Of a stretch of DNA of 64,000 nucleotides, positions 47,475 to 57,486 are shown piece after piece; position 1 is the first letter of the stretch, and every line of letters begins with the position of its first letter. The stretch is from an uncultured Planctomycetia bacterium. GTDB taxonomy: Bacteria > Omnitrophota > Gorgyraeia > JABMRN01 > RBG-13-46-9. A program made the position numbers and the translations under genes. The notes beneath the pieces are model-generated. The model ran no database searches. It had not been told where the DNA came from and saw only the letters and a program-made list of their open reading frames with translations. Where the stretch lies: the NCBI GenBank assembly GCA_964440235.1, contig CAYTQI010000001.1:31444-95443 (forward strand). Direction: 5' to 3'.

Positions 47475-48470
47475 TTAAAAGTAAGCTTCATAAAGATCGA
47501 TTATTTTTGTAATGATTTTACGGACGGGATTTTTGTCTGCATTGACGTTTTTATATTCACGGGCCCTGCGCGTTATAAGGCCGATGGTCGCTGTGTGAAT
47601 AATAGCGTCCTGCGAATTCAGGTTAAAACCGGCTTTTCGCACGATACCGATTCTGGCGGGAACATTAAACCGGCTACCCGCCTCTTCGATTACACCGTTC
47701 GGCAGAGCGCCGGGGCCGGTTAAAACGAGCGAGGAAAAAGCTAACTTTTCGGGGTTAAAGGCACCGGCGGGCCAATCCGGCACAACCTCAAAGTTTCGCA
47801 GAATATTGCCCTTAAAAATAAGGGTTTCGGCAAAAGAATTCCCGATGTCAGCGAAAAGTACGCCTCTGGATTTTTCCTCCGCGCTTAAAATACAACCGGC
47901 GGAGGCAGTACATGAAAGGTATACGCCCTCAACTAGAAAACCGGCGTGGTCCACGCACTTTATGATGCTCTGAATTTTAGAATGATTCGCGGTTGCCGCG
48001 AAAATTTCGGCTTCAAGTTTTATCCCATAAAGCCCGACGGGATCCCTGATTCCGGTCGGAGCGCCGTCTATGTAAAATCGCTTTACGATCCTTTCCACGC
48101 AAATCCTGCCTGCGGGAAGCGCCAGCATAGCTGCTATTTTCAGGCATTTCCTCACGTCTTTCGCCGTGATCTGCCGCGGTATCCCGGAAAGCGGCACCAT
48201 CCCCCGCGCCGGGATCATTTTTATGTCCGCCCCGCCGATCGTGACCATTACGTTTTTCGGTTTTTTACCCGAACGGCTCTGAATTTTACGCATCAATCCG
48301 GATATATCCCTGACGGTTTTATTTAAACTGGTTACACCGCCGCCGTTTATGCCGTTAGAGTCAGCGTTTTCCAGCGCCAAAAGTTTTACACGGCCGTCGG
48401 GTGTTATCTCCGCCATGGCGGCGGCCAACCCGCGCGAACCCAGATCCAACACTGTGATTATCTTACTCAT
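47475..48470 (-). CDS. ftsA: Divergent, internally shortened FtsA (331 aa)
   Basis: N-terminal LDLGS, SHS2/1C segment (FYIDG...IRDPVGLYGIKLE), DIG and VLTG motifs, and a C-terminal amphipathic helix; follows ftsQ. Confidence 0.85.
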   Translation of the reverse strand: MSKIITVLDLGSRGLAAAMAEITPDGRVKLLALENADSNGINGGGVTSLNKTVRDISGLMRKIQSRSGKKPKNVMVTIGGADIKMIPARGMVPLSGIPRQITAKDVRKCLKIAAMLALPAGRICVERIVKRFYIDGAPTGIRDPVGLYGIKLEAEIFAATANHSKIQSIIKCVDHAGFLVEGVYLSCTASAGCILSAEEKSRGVLFADIGNSFAETLIFKGNILRNFEVVPDWPAGAFNPEKLAFSSLVLTGPGALPNGVIEEAGSRFNVPARIGIVRKAGFNLNSQDAIIHTATIGLITRRAREYKNVNADKNPVRKIITKIIDLYEAYF

Positions 48471-48522
48471 ATAGCCAAATTTTGCTCCGGCGTTTCTTAA
48501 TCAGCCGCCGGACATCCTTACG

Positions 48523-49299
48523 TTATTTCGGCCCGATCACGACGCCGTCAAACCGAAGGTCCAGATATTCTATATTTTCCGTGTCCAGTCCGGCATCGGC
48601 AAGCGTAACTTTTAATTTACGCAGCCTTTCGGGAAAATCCTCGCCTCCTATTTTAACCTCAATACCATTATCGAGGTGAAAAGAAAGGTTCCTGTAATTA
48701 GACGCGTCAATCGTGGTTATCCCGTGATCCGTCGAAACCGACGTTTCGTTTATCGCCGTTATGAGCCTTACGGTGTTTTCAAGTTGTTTGCCTGTAAGCC
48801 GCTCGCCGGTTGACGGAGCGCGCCACATAGAAAAACCGGTTATAACAGGCATCCTTCCGCTTTTTATGTCCCTCTCCAAAACCATACCGGTTTCATCCAT
48901 CGGGAAATATCCGCGGCGATTTTTTATTTTAGCGATCGGTAACCGCGGGATAATATTTATCTCGATCCGGTTCGGCATGATCCTCCGTACAACGGCTTTT
49001 TTTATAACGGGGTAACTGCTTTCAATTCTCGACGCAAGGGCCGATATGTCAATATCAAAAATGTTCCGTCCGATATTCATCTGCAGGGAACCGTCGCTCT
49101 TGAGTCCCGCGGCGGCATGCCTAACATCGATAACTTCCACGCTATCCAGTTTGAAATAACGCGAATTTCTTACCGCGAATACCGAAGCGGCGATAATCGC
49201 GAAAATAAAAACTGCGAACAAAATTTTTTTTGTCGGTGTTTTCTTTTCTTCTTTTATCTTTACTTCTTTTTTTGTTTTCTTTTTATTACCCCTCGCCAT
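48523..49299 (-). CDS. ftsQ: Cell division protein FtsQ/DivIB
   Basis: Basic N-terminus, TM, POTRA (NIFDID...VRRIMPN) and C-terminal YLDLRF. Confidence 0.9.
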   Translation of the reverse strand: MARGNKKKTKKEVKIKEEKKTPTKKILFAVFIFAIIAASVFAVRNSRYFKLDSVEVIDVRHAAAGLKSDGSLQMNIGRNIFDIDISALASRIESSYPVIKKAVVRRIMPNRIEINIIPRLPIAKIKNRRGYFPMDETGMVLERDIKSGRMPVITGFSMWRAPSTGERLTGKQLENTVRLITAINETSVSTDHGITTIDASNYRNLSFHLDNGIEVKIGGEDFPERLRKLKVTLADAGLDTENIEYLDLRFDGVVIGPK

Positions 49300-50239
49300 T
49301 CTCTTTCCCCTTTCTTTCATGCGCCAGATCAATAAGTTTCACGCATAAATCCTCAAAGCTTATGCCGGCGGCCATCGCCGACTTGGGCATGAGGCTTCGT
49401 TCGGTCATGCCGGGAATTGTGTTAACCTCTAGAATGTAAATATTGCCGTCACGGTCCATTCTCATGTCAACCCTCGAAAAATCCCTGCAGCCGAGAATCC
49501 TGTGTGCCCTGAGCGCGAATTCCTGCGCCCGGGCGAATTCATCATCCTCGAGCGGCGCCGGGACAATGTATCCCGTCCCTTTATCCAGGTATTTTGCCTC
49601 AAAATCGTACGAGTCGCGGCCGGTAATAATTTCCACGACGGGCAGCGCCTTCTCCTCTAAAATGCCCACGGTCAGCTCCCTGCCGTGTATAAATTCCTCC
49701 ACAATCGCCTCCCCGCCGTAGCCGAAGGCCATGTCCAGTGCCGAATCTATGCGCGCCCTGTCGTTCACTATGGAAAGCCCTATACTTGAACCTTCGCGAC
49801 GCGGTTTTATCACAAGCGGCGTAGTAAATTCATCGCACGTGTATTCCGCGCCGGCGCCGGATTTAGCGGCCTTGTAAGAAGGTACCCGTAAACCGTTTTT
49901 TAAAAAAAGCTCTTTGGAGGCAAGCTTGTCCAGCGCGAGCCGTGAGGCGCCCGCTCCGGATCCCGTATAAGGAACACGGGCTTTTTCAAGAATCGATTGT
50001 ACTGTTCCGTCTTCCCCGAAACGGCCGTGCAGGGCAAGAAAAACAATGTCAGCGCCCGTTTTCCTCAAGGCGCTGCCCGCGTCACTTCCGATGTCAACAA
50101 GTTCCGCGTCTAACTTCTTCTTTGTAAGGGCCCCTGAGACCGCAAGCCCGCTTTGCAGGCTGATTTCGCGTTCGCTGGAAAACCCTCCGGCGAATACAGC
50201 GATTTTACCGTATTTTTTTGTATTTTGCCGTTCCTTCAT
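49286..50239 (-). CDS. ddl: D-alanine-D-alanine ligase
   Basis: Motifs GGFSSEREIS, LHGRFGEDG, YDFEAKY and EVNTIPG. Confidence 0.96.
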   Translation of the reverse strand: MKERQNTKKYGKIAVFAGGFSSEREISLQSGLAVSGALTKKKLDAELVDIGSDAGSALRKTGADIVFLALHGRFGEDGTVQSILEKARVPYTGSGAGASRLALDKLASKELFLKNGLRVPSYKAAKSGAGAEYTCDEFTTPLVIKPRREGSSIGLSIVNDRARIDSALDMAFGYGGEAIVEEFIHGRELTVGILEEKALPVVEIITGRDSYDFEAKYLDKGTGYIVPAPLEDDEFARAQEFALRAHRILGCRDFSRVDMRMDRDGNIYILEVNTIPGMTERSLMPKSAMAAGISFEDLCVKLIDLAHERKGKENGEG

Positions 50240-50319
50240 AAAAATACAATACTCAAATCAATGTTAAGCTTTTGAAAAATTTTGTTTATTTGAAAATATA
50301 CGCCGCCTGCGCGCCCGGC

Positions 50320-51276
50320 TTAATTCAGTATAACAATCTCGGGAATAAGCTCAATCTTAAATTTGGTTTTAACGCTTTTCCTTATAAGACGCGCGAGCCG
50401 AATAACATCGCGCGCTTTCGCCTGCCCGGTGTTAATTATAAAATTAGCGTGCTTTTCCGAAACCATTGCCCCGCCTATTTTTTTACCCTTGAACCCGAGC
50501 ATGTCAATATAACGCGCCGCCGGAAGCGCCCCTTCGGGATTTCTAAAAACACATCCTGCGCAGGCCGAAGCAAGCGGCTGGTTAGAACTCTTGGCCCTCA
50601 AAAACCTGTTTTTGGCCTCCATCAGTTTTTTTTTATCTGTTTTCCTCAGGCCAAAACTCGCTTCCAGTATTATATAACCATCGAGGCCCGAATGTCGATA
50701 ATTAAATTTTATTTTTTTGCCGCCATAAAATTTCTCCGGGCACGATTCCGTGAAAATCCGCGAAGATTTTTCCGTAAGATTTTCTTCGCGCGACTTTTTT
50801 AACGCAAAAGTCCTCCCGCTTTTTATATCCATCACGCGGACGGATTCCAGCCGATCCGCTACCCGGTCCGCGTAACCAGCATTCATAAAAATCGCGCCTC
50901 CGAGCGTTCCCGGAATACCGGTAAGGCCTTCAATACCCCCAAGCCCCTTTCTACAGGCAAGGTTAATGATCTTTTCTAACGGCAGCCCGGCGCCGGCAAT
51001 TACCTTAGTTCCGGTAAAACGCAATTTACTGAAATAACCCGACCGCAGGCAGATAACTATTCCGTTCAGTCTTTTATCGGGTGCCAGAATATTGCTTCCC
51101 ATACCGATTATAAATATTTTTTTCTTTTTCGAAGCGGCTAATTTCAGGATTTTTTTTAATTCCCGCTCGTCACGCGGCTCAACCCATGCCCTGCACGGCC
51201 CGCCGATACGAAACGTGGTATGGGCGGAAAGCGGCTCCTGAAGAAATACTTTACCTTTTATCGCGGCAAATGTCAT
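50320..51276 (-). CDS. murB: UDP-N-acetylenolpyruvoylglucosamine reductase
   Basis: Motifs HTTFRIGG, GSNIL, IPGTLGGAIFMNAG and HANFIIN. Confidence 0.95.
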   Translation of the reverse strand: MTFAAIKGKVFLQEPLSAHTTFRIGGPCRAWVEPRDERELKKILKLAASKKKKIFIIGMGSNILAPDKRLNGIVICLRSGYFSKLRFTGTKVIAGAGLPLEKIINLACRKGLGGIEGLTGIPGTLGGAIFMNAGYADRVADRLESVRVMDIKSGRTFALKKSREENLTEKSSRIFTESCPEKFYGGKKIKFNYRHSGLDGYIILEASFGLRKTDKKKLMEAKNRFLRAKSSNQPLASACAGCVFRNPEGALPAARYIDMLGFKGKKIGGAMVSEKHANFIINTGQAKARDVIRLARLIRKSVKTKFKIELIPEIVILN

Positions 51277-52618
51277 GCGCTATTTTTCCTATGTTGCCCG
51301 CGCCCAGGACAAGGGCAATATCCCCTTCCGAAAGTTTTTCGGAAAGGTAGGCGCGTATCTCGCCTGTCTCCATCAGCCGGACGGGAATGGATCGCCTTTT
51401 TTTCATGATTTCGCATATTCTCAGTGAGCTTGCGCCTTCTATTTTGTCTTCCGAGGCGGGATAAACCTCCGCCAGGATAACTTCATCGGAACCTTCAAAG
51501 GAACCGGAAAATTCCTTATAAAAAGACTTTGTCCTCGTATAACGATGCGGCTGAAATACGGTTATAAGCCTTCTCGGTTTAAGCGAACACGCCGCCGAAA
51601 TAGTTGCTTTTATTTCCGTGGGGTGATGGGCGTAATCCTCAATGATACTGGCGCCGTTAACGTTTCCTATAACCTCAAACCTTCTCTTTACGCCCCTGTA
51701 TGAGGCTATCGCCCGGATCATTCTGCCGGCATCGATTTTAAGTTCCGCGCCGAGTGAAATCGCCGCTAACGCGTTTGAGATATTATGCCTGCCGGGTAAA
51801 TTTACGGTAAAACGCCCGATCTCGGTTTTTCCGAGAAAACAATCAAATTCAGTCCTGAATATTTCCGTTTTTATGTTTCCCGCCGAGACAAAAGCATTTT
51901 TAGAAAACCCGAAACTCACGGCCCTGTTTTTAAATTTTTTTAACAACTTTTTTAAATTTAAATCTTCAAAGCCGTAAAAAAATCTGCATCCTGGCGATTG
52001 CGATAAAAAAAATCGCTCAAAGGTTTTCAAAAGACGCCTCTCATCCCCGTAGTGTTCAAGATGTTCACGCTCGAGATTCGGAATAATCGCATGCGTAAGC
52101 CCCGTAAGATGTACCAGGCGGCCGTCGCTTTCATCCACCTCGGCTACAAGCGTACCGCTTTTTCCGAGTTTTGCGTTGCCTGCGAAATGCGGCGATTCGC
52201 CTCCGATAAGGGCCGTGGGGTCAAAACCCGCCTCCTCAAGAAGATGCGCCGTCATTGCCGTAATGGTCGTCTTTCCGTGGGTACCCGTAATTCCGATAAC
52301 CCTTTCATACTTTTCCATGACCATTTTTAAAAGTTCCGTACGGGAAATCACTTTCGTCCGGTTTTTACGGGCCTGTAGAATCTCGGGGTTATCCGCGCGG
52401 ATACTCGAGGAAAATACCACAAGGTCCCTATCATTCACGCGGGAGGCGTTATGCCCCACGCCTATAGCCATGCCTTTACCGCGCAATTTCTTTATTATAT
52501 CATTTTCTTCGATATCCGAGCCGGTTACGCTATATCCGGTCTCGTCCAGGATAAGCGCGAGCGCGCTCATTCCAATCCCGCCTACGCCGATCATGTGGAT
52601 AGAAACAGGTTTTGTCAT
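51251..52618 (-). CDS. murC: UDP-MurNAc-L-alanine ligase
   Basis: Motifs GVGGIGMSALA, GTHGKTT, DESD, DYAHHPTE and FQPHRY. Confidence 0.96.
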   Translation of the reverse strand: MTKPVSIHMIGVGGIGMSALALILDETGYSVTGSDIEENDIIKKLRGKGMAIGVGHNASRVNDRDLVVFSSSIRADNPEILQARKNRTKVISRTELLKMVMEKYERVIGITGTHGKTTITAMTAHLLEEAGFDPTALIGGESPHFAGNAKLGKSGTLVAEVDESDGRLVHLTGLTHAIIPNLEREHLEHYGDERRLLKTFERFFLSQSPGCRFFYGFEDLNLKKLLKKFKNRAVSFGFSKNAFVSAGNIKTEIFRTEFDCFLGKTEIGRFTVNLPGRHNISNALAAISLGAELKIDAGRMIRAIASYRGVKRRFEVIGNVNGASIIEDYAHHPTEIKATISAACSLKPRRLITVFQPHRYTRTKSFYKEFSGSFEGSDEVILAEVYPASEDKIEGASSLRICEIMKKRRSIPVRLMETGEIRAYLSEKLSEGDIALVLGAGNIGKIAHDICRDKR

Positions 52619-53718
52619 GACACCGCCCCCGATGGCGAAACCTGTTTCCAGACAAGCTCCGCTAATTTCCTGGCTCCGTCAACAACGCTCAGTTTTCCCG
52701 CGTTCTCGGAAAGTTCCCGGCGCCTGACGGGGTTGTCAACGAGATCCTCTATCAGGCCCCGCAGCTCTTCCGGCCGCAGGTTTTTTTCATCCCTGTAGAT
52801 CGCGGCGTTCCTTTCCGCGAAATAAAGCGCGTTAAAACGCTGGTTATTCTTTTCTCCCGGGAAAGGTATGAGAATCATCGGCTTTTTGAATGCGGCTATC
52901 TCAAAAACCGCCGCGGCTCCCGAGCGGCTGATCACTATGTCGCTGGCGCTGTACGCCTCGTTTATGTTCAACAAAAACGTATACACCCGGGCGCGTATGC
53001 CGTCTTCGTCATAATGTTTTTGTATCTCACCTGTTTTTTTCATCCCGGCGATATGAATGATCTGTAAACGCTTTTTTTTCGCCTCCGTAAAAAGCGCCGC
53101 GCTCTCACTAACCAGCCTGTTAAGTGAACTCGCGCCCTGGCTCCCGCCCATGACAAGCACAGTTAACCTGCCGGCATCAAGCTTAAAATCCCCGAACCTG
53201 TCTGTTCCGGTTTTTTTAAGGCTCTCTTCCCTGAGTGGATTCCCGGTGATAATTATATTTCTGTTGGAAAAATATTTTCCCGTTTCGGGAAAACTCAACG
53301 CTACCGATCCTGCGAATCTGTCGAGAAGCCTGTTTGTCCTGCCCGGTATCACGTTCTGCTCATGAATCACGGTCTTTGCCTTCATAAAAGACGCCAGCAT
53401 CACGATTTCACCGGAAGTATACCCGCCGAAACCGATAACCGCCTCCGGCCTGTATCTGACAATAACGGCAAAAGACGCGAACAGGTCCAGCGCCAGCTTA
53501 AAAATAAAACCAAACACGCCGGGTCCGAATTTATAGGGCATGGGATTGACGGATAAAAATATCTTTTTATAGGGCTCTTTTTCAAGTATTGCCCTGTCGA
53601 GGCGCCTTCTTGAGGCGACAAAAATTATTTCGGCGCCTCTTTTTTTCAATTCCCTGGCCAGGGAAATAGCCGGAAAAATATGCCCTCCGCTTCCTCCGGA
53701 GGCAATTAATATTTTCAC
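52615..53718 (-). CDS. murG: Lipid II GlcNAc transferase
   Basis: Motifs GGSGGHIFP, HEQN and GGSQGA. Confidence 0.96.
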   Translation of the reverse strand: MKILIASGGSGGHIFPAISLARELKKRGAEIIFVASRRRLDRAILEKEPYKKIFLSVNPMPYKFGPGVFGFIFKLALDLFASFAVIVRYRPEAVIGFGGYTSGEIVMLASFMKAKTVIHEQNVIPGRTNRLLDRFAGSVALSFPETGKYFSNRNIIITGNPLREESLKKTGTDRFGDFKLDAGRLTVLVMGGSQGASSLNRLVSESAALFTEAKKKRLQIIHIAGMKKTGEIQKHYDEDGIRARVYTFLLNINEAYSASDIVISRSGAAAVFEIAAFKKPMILIPFPGEKNNQRFNALYFAERNAAIYRDEKNLRPEELRGLIEDLVDNPVRRRELSENAGKLSVVDGARKLAELVWKQVSPSGAVS

Positions 53719-53788
53719 GTTACACTCCGTTTGCTTTTTTTCAAAATTCAGCTTTTAAATTTTTTCGCGCCCGCCTATCCGCGGCCCG

Positions 53789-54877
53789 CTAATTTTCTTC
53801 CCTCATCGCGTTCAGCAAAAGTCCGATGGCGGCCATGTGAAATACAAGCGACGAACCGCCGTAACTCACCAGGGGAAGCGGCAGGCCTTTCGCGGGAAAA
53901 GCGCCCGTGTTCACGCCTATGTTGACCAGCGCTTCCAGGCCTATCATGCCCGTTATGCCTAATATGAGAATTTTATTGAACGGGCGGTGAACCTTAAAAA
54001 ACGCCCTCATACCCTGCCACACAAAAACGGCAAACAACATAATAACGCAGATCGCGCCGGCAAAACCAAGCTCTTCGCCTATTATTGAGAAAATAAAATC
54101 CGTATGGGATTCGGGAAGATAGAAAAGCTTCTGTTTCGACTGCCCGAGGCCTACGCCCATGAGACCGCCGGAACCGAGCGCGATAAGCGACTGGACGATC
54201 TGAAACCCTGTACTTTCCGCGTCCCGCCACGGATTCAGGAATATCATCATTCTCCTGCGCCGGTACGGCACGCTGAATACCATGTAATACAAAAACGGGA
54301 TTCCGAGAAGCGCTGTCGTTATCAGATGCCCGAGATTCGCGCCTGAAATAAAAACAATGAGTAGCCCTACAATAGCGATTGAAACAGAGGTCCCAAAATC
54401 CGGCTGTATGAGAATGAGGGCGCTTGTCAGCAAAATCACCGTGACGGCCGGAATATACCCCTGGAACAGATCTTTTATCCTGTAGCCCTTCCTACTTACG
54501 AATGAGGCCAGGTATACCACAATGGCGAACTTCGCGAATTCAGACGGCTGAAAACTTATCAGGTTCGCGATTCTGAACCACCGCCGCGCGCCCCGCACCG
54601 AAACGCCAATACCCGGAACCAGGACCGCCAGAAGCAGCAAAATCGCCGCCAGCATCAAGATTCGCGCTGATTTCTCTACTTTCGCGAGTCGCACAGACAT
54701 AGCGCAAAACATTAAAACAAAACCGGCAAGCAAGAACCACATGTGTTTTTTTAAAAAAAACGCGGCGTCGCCGCTATTTTCATACGCGTACATCGCGCTC
54801 GAGGAATAAAGCATGACAACGCCTATCGCGATAAGCGTAAGCGAGACGGTAAAGATTGACCTTCTTATTTCAGGCAT
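53789..54877 (-). CDS. ftsW: SEDS protein FtsW
   Basis: Motifs FQPSEFAK, QPDFGT, LPESHTDFIF and SYGGSS. Confidence 0.96.
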   Translation of the reverse strand: MPEIRRSIFTVSLTLIAIGVVMLYSSSAMYAYENSGDAAFFLKKHMWFLLAGFVLMFCAMSVRLAKVEKSARILMLAAILLLLAVLVPGIGVSVRGARRWFRIANLISFQPSEFAKFAIVVYLASFVSRKGYRIKDLFQGYIPAVTVILLTSALILIQPDFGTSVSIAIVGLLIVFISGANLGHLITTALLGIPFLYYMVFSVPYRRRRMMIFLNPWRDAESTGFQIVQSLIALGSGGLMGVGLGQSKQKLFYLPESHTDFIFSIIGEELGFAGAICVIMLFAVFVWQGMRAFFKVHRPFNKILILGITGMIGLEALVNIGVNTGAFPAKGLPLPLVSYGGSSLVFHMAAIGLLLNAMREEN

Positions 54878-56259
54878 TTTTTAACTTCTTTACGGCTTTT
54901 TAACTTCTTTACGGATTCACGAAACACCCCGCCCCGGTGCCTGTAATCAGTGAACATATCAAAGCTTGAGCACATCGGCGAAAGAAGCACGCAATCTCCC
55001 GGAGAAGCGCTTTCGTGGGCGGCGAAAACCGCCTCTTCAAGCGAACCCTTCTCCTCGACTTCCACATATTTTTTAAAAATTCCGCGCATTTTTACGCGTG
55101 CCTCGCCTATCAGAAAAATTTTCTTCACGTTTTTTTTCAATACACGCGCCAGTTTTTCATAAGGAAGGTTTTTATCTTTTCCGCCGGCTATAAGAATAAC
55201 ATTTTTCCCGGCCGCCTCTAGCGCGCGGCAGGCCGAATCCACGTTTGTCGCTTTGGAATCATCGATAAAATCAACACCGCCCAATTTTTCTATGACTTCA
55301 AACCTGTGCGCAAGCGGGGTAAAATGTTTCACGGCCTTTTCCGCGGAAACGCGGTCCGCTCCGATTAAGACCGCCGCCAGCACCGCCGCCAGAATATTCT
55401 CTGTATTATGAGCGCCTTTAAGAAGAGTGCCTTTAATGCCAAAAAGCCGCTTTGTCTTATTTTTCAGGAACGTCTTTACCGCTCCGTTCTCAAGATACGC
55501 GCCTTTAACTTTTTTCCCGGCGCTAAAATAAAGGGGCCGCGCCGCTGTTCCGGCTTCGCCTAATTCCCGTAAATTAACGTCATCGTAATTCAACAGGATA
55601 ATATCGCCTTTCCGCTGATTTTTAAATATATTTTTTTTCGCCGCGAGATAATCCCTGAAACCGTCATACCTGTCCATGTGGTCTTCGCTAACATTGAGTA
55701 TAACCGAGATTTTCGGCCTGAAAAAAACCGTGCGCTCAAGCTGAAATGAGCTTGCCTCGAGGACCACTACCGTGTTTTTTGTGATGCTTCCCGGGCCGGA
55801 AGCACACAATTCCCCCGAGAGGGAATTGCCGATATTTCCGCACACCACGGCAGGAATCCCGGCCGCGCGCAGAATACCGCCGATAAGGGAAACCACGGTG
55901 GATTTTCCGTTCGTACCCGTGACAGCCACAATAGGCGCTTCACAGAAATTATATCCCAGCTCCAGTTCGCTTATCGCCGGGACGCTATTCTTTTTCGCGT
56001 AGCGAAGAGGCAGCGCAGAATCCTCTATGCCCGGGCTTACCACAAACAGCTCTGTTCCTTTCAGGAATTCCTCGGTATGAGCGCCTATTTCCGTATCAAC
56101 ATATTTCTTTTTAAGAAGCTTCGCGTTTTTTCTCACGGCGACGGTATCAGAGCTGTCCGTAACCGAAACAATGGCGCCTTTTGAATATAAAAGAAGCGCG
56201 CTGCCTATGCCGCTATTCCCGAGCCCGACTACCGTAACTTTTTTATTGCGAAGATCCAT
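54865..56259 (-). CDS. murD: UDP-MurNAc-Ala-D-glutamate ligase
   Basis: Motifs VSPG, GTNGKST, DDSKATN and SFDMF. Confidence 0.96.
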   Translation of the reverse strand: MDLRNKKVTVVGLGNSGIGSALLLYSKGAIVSVTDSSDTVAVRKNAKLLKKKYVDTEIGAHTEEFLKGTELFVVSPGIEDSALPLRYAKKNSVPAISELELGYNFCEAPIVAVTGTNGKSTVVSLIGGILRAAGIPAVVCGNIGNSLSGELCASGPGSITKNTVVVLEASSFQLERTVFFRPKISVILNVSEDHMDRYDGFRDYLAAKKNIFKNQRKGDIILLNYDDVNLRELGEAGTAARPLYFSAGKKVKGAYLENGAVKTFLKNKTKRLFGIKGTLLKGAHNTENILAAVLAAVLIGADRVSAEKAVKHFTPLAHRFEVIEKLGGVDFIDDSKATNVDSACRALEAAGKNVILIAGGKDKNLPYEKLARVLKKNVKKIFLIGEARVKMRGIFKKYVEVEEKGSLEEAVFAAHESASPGDCVLLSPMCSSFDMFTDYRHRGGVFRESVKKLKSRKEVKKCLK

Positions 56260-56329
56260 TTCTACCGTTTGTCGCCTTATTCAGTATACGAATTTCACGC
56301 TTTATTTCGCGGAGCCATCCGCAGGATCA

Positions 56330-57418
56330 TTACATTAACTTCAGCGTTGCCAGGCCAAACAGCGCCAGCAGGACCCCCACTATCCAGAAACGCACGGTGA
56401 TTTTAGGTTCCGGCCATCCCAGAAGCTGCAAATGATGGTGCAGCGGAGCCATCAGAAAAATACGCTTTCTGTAAAGCCTGAAAGATGCGACCTGCATAAT
56501 CACGCTTAAAACTTCCGCGACAAATATTCCGCCCACGATAAGGAGGAGTATCTCTTTTTTTATCAAAACGCTCACGATACCGATCGCCCCTCCCAGAGGC
56601 AGCGACCCCGTATCGCCCATAAAAATAGTCGCCGGATATGAATTAAACCATAAAAATCCCATTCCCGCCCCCACTATAGTGGCGCAAAATACCGTAAGCT
56701 CGCCGCTTCCTGCAAGGTAGTAAATATTAAGATATCCGCTGAAGTCCAGATGGCCCGTCAGGTAGCTTATTATGCTGTAACTAAACGCTATGAAACATAC
56801 GCAGCCGATCGCCAGCCCGTCCAATCCGTCCGTTATGTTTACGGCATTGCTCGTACCGACAATAACCAGAACAATAAATAAAATATAAAGCGCGCCCAGG
56901 TTAAAAAGCGCGTGTTTTAAAAACGGCACGTAAAAAGCGGTTGAAAAATCAGGATTAAAATAGAGGTACAACGCCACGCCTATTCCCAGAATAAGCTGCC
57001 CGGTGAATTTTGCCGCCGCGCTTAATCCGAGGGATTTTAGCTTGATCAGCTTTATGTAATCATCGATGAAACCGACTATGCCAAGCCAGAGAACGCTTAT
57101 GAGGCAAAGTATGATAAATGGATTGTCAAGACGGGCCCATAGAAGCGTGCAAATAAGCATGGCCAGTATGATAACTATACCGCCCATCGTCGGGGTCCCC
57201 TCTTTGTGTTTGTGCAGCTCATAAAGGCCCTCGACATGCTCTTTTCTCGGAGACTCGCCTATTTTCATCCGGGAAAGTTTTCTGATGATAATCGGGCCTA
57301 TCAAGACGCTTAAGGCGAAGGCCGTTATACTCGCCATCGCCGCGCGGAAAGTAATATACCGAAACACGTTAAAACCAAACCATAGATCCTTAAGGGGATA
57401 GAGTAAATAATATAACAT
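56330..57418 (-). CDS. mraY: Phospho-MurNAc-pentapeptide transferase
   Basis: Motifs TPTMGG, GFIDD, TDGLDGL, FMGDTGS and APLHHH. Confidence 0.97.
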   Translation of the reverse strand: MLYYLLYPLKDLWFGFNVFRYITFRAAMASITAFALSVLIGPIIIRKLSRMKIGESPRKEHVEGLYELHKHKEGTPTMGGIVIILAMLICTLLWARLDNPFIILCLISVLWLGIVGFIDDYIKLIKLKSLGLSAAAKFTGQLILGIGVALYLYFNPDFSTAFYVPFLKHALFNLGALYILFIVLVIVGTSNAVNITDGLDGLAIGCVCFIAFSYSIISYLTGHLDFSGYLNIYYLAGSGELTVFCATIVGAGMGFLWFNSYPATIFMGDTGSLPLGGAIGIVSVLIKKEILLLIVGGIFVAEVLSVIMQVASFRLYRKRIFLMAPLHHHLQLLGWPEPKITVRFWIVGVLLALFGLATLKLM

Positions 57419-57486
57419 GATTTTCCGCGTTACTCAGCTGATAGGCGTTCCGGCGGACAGACTGTCTCGCTTTCGCCCTCCATAAG

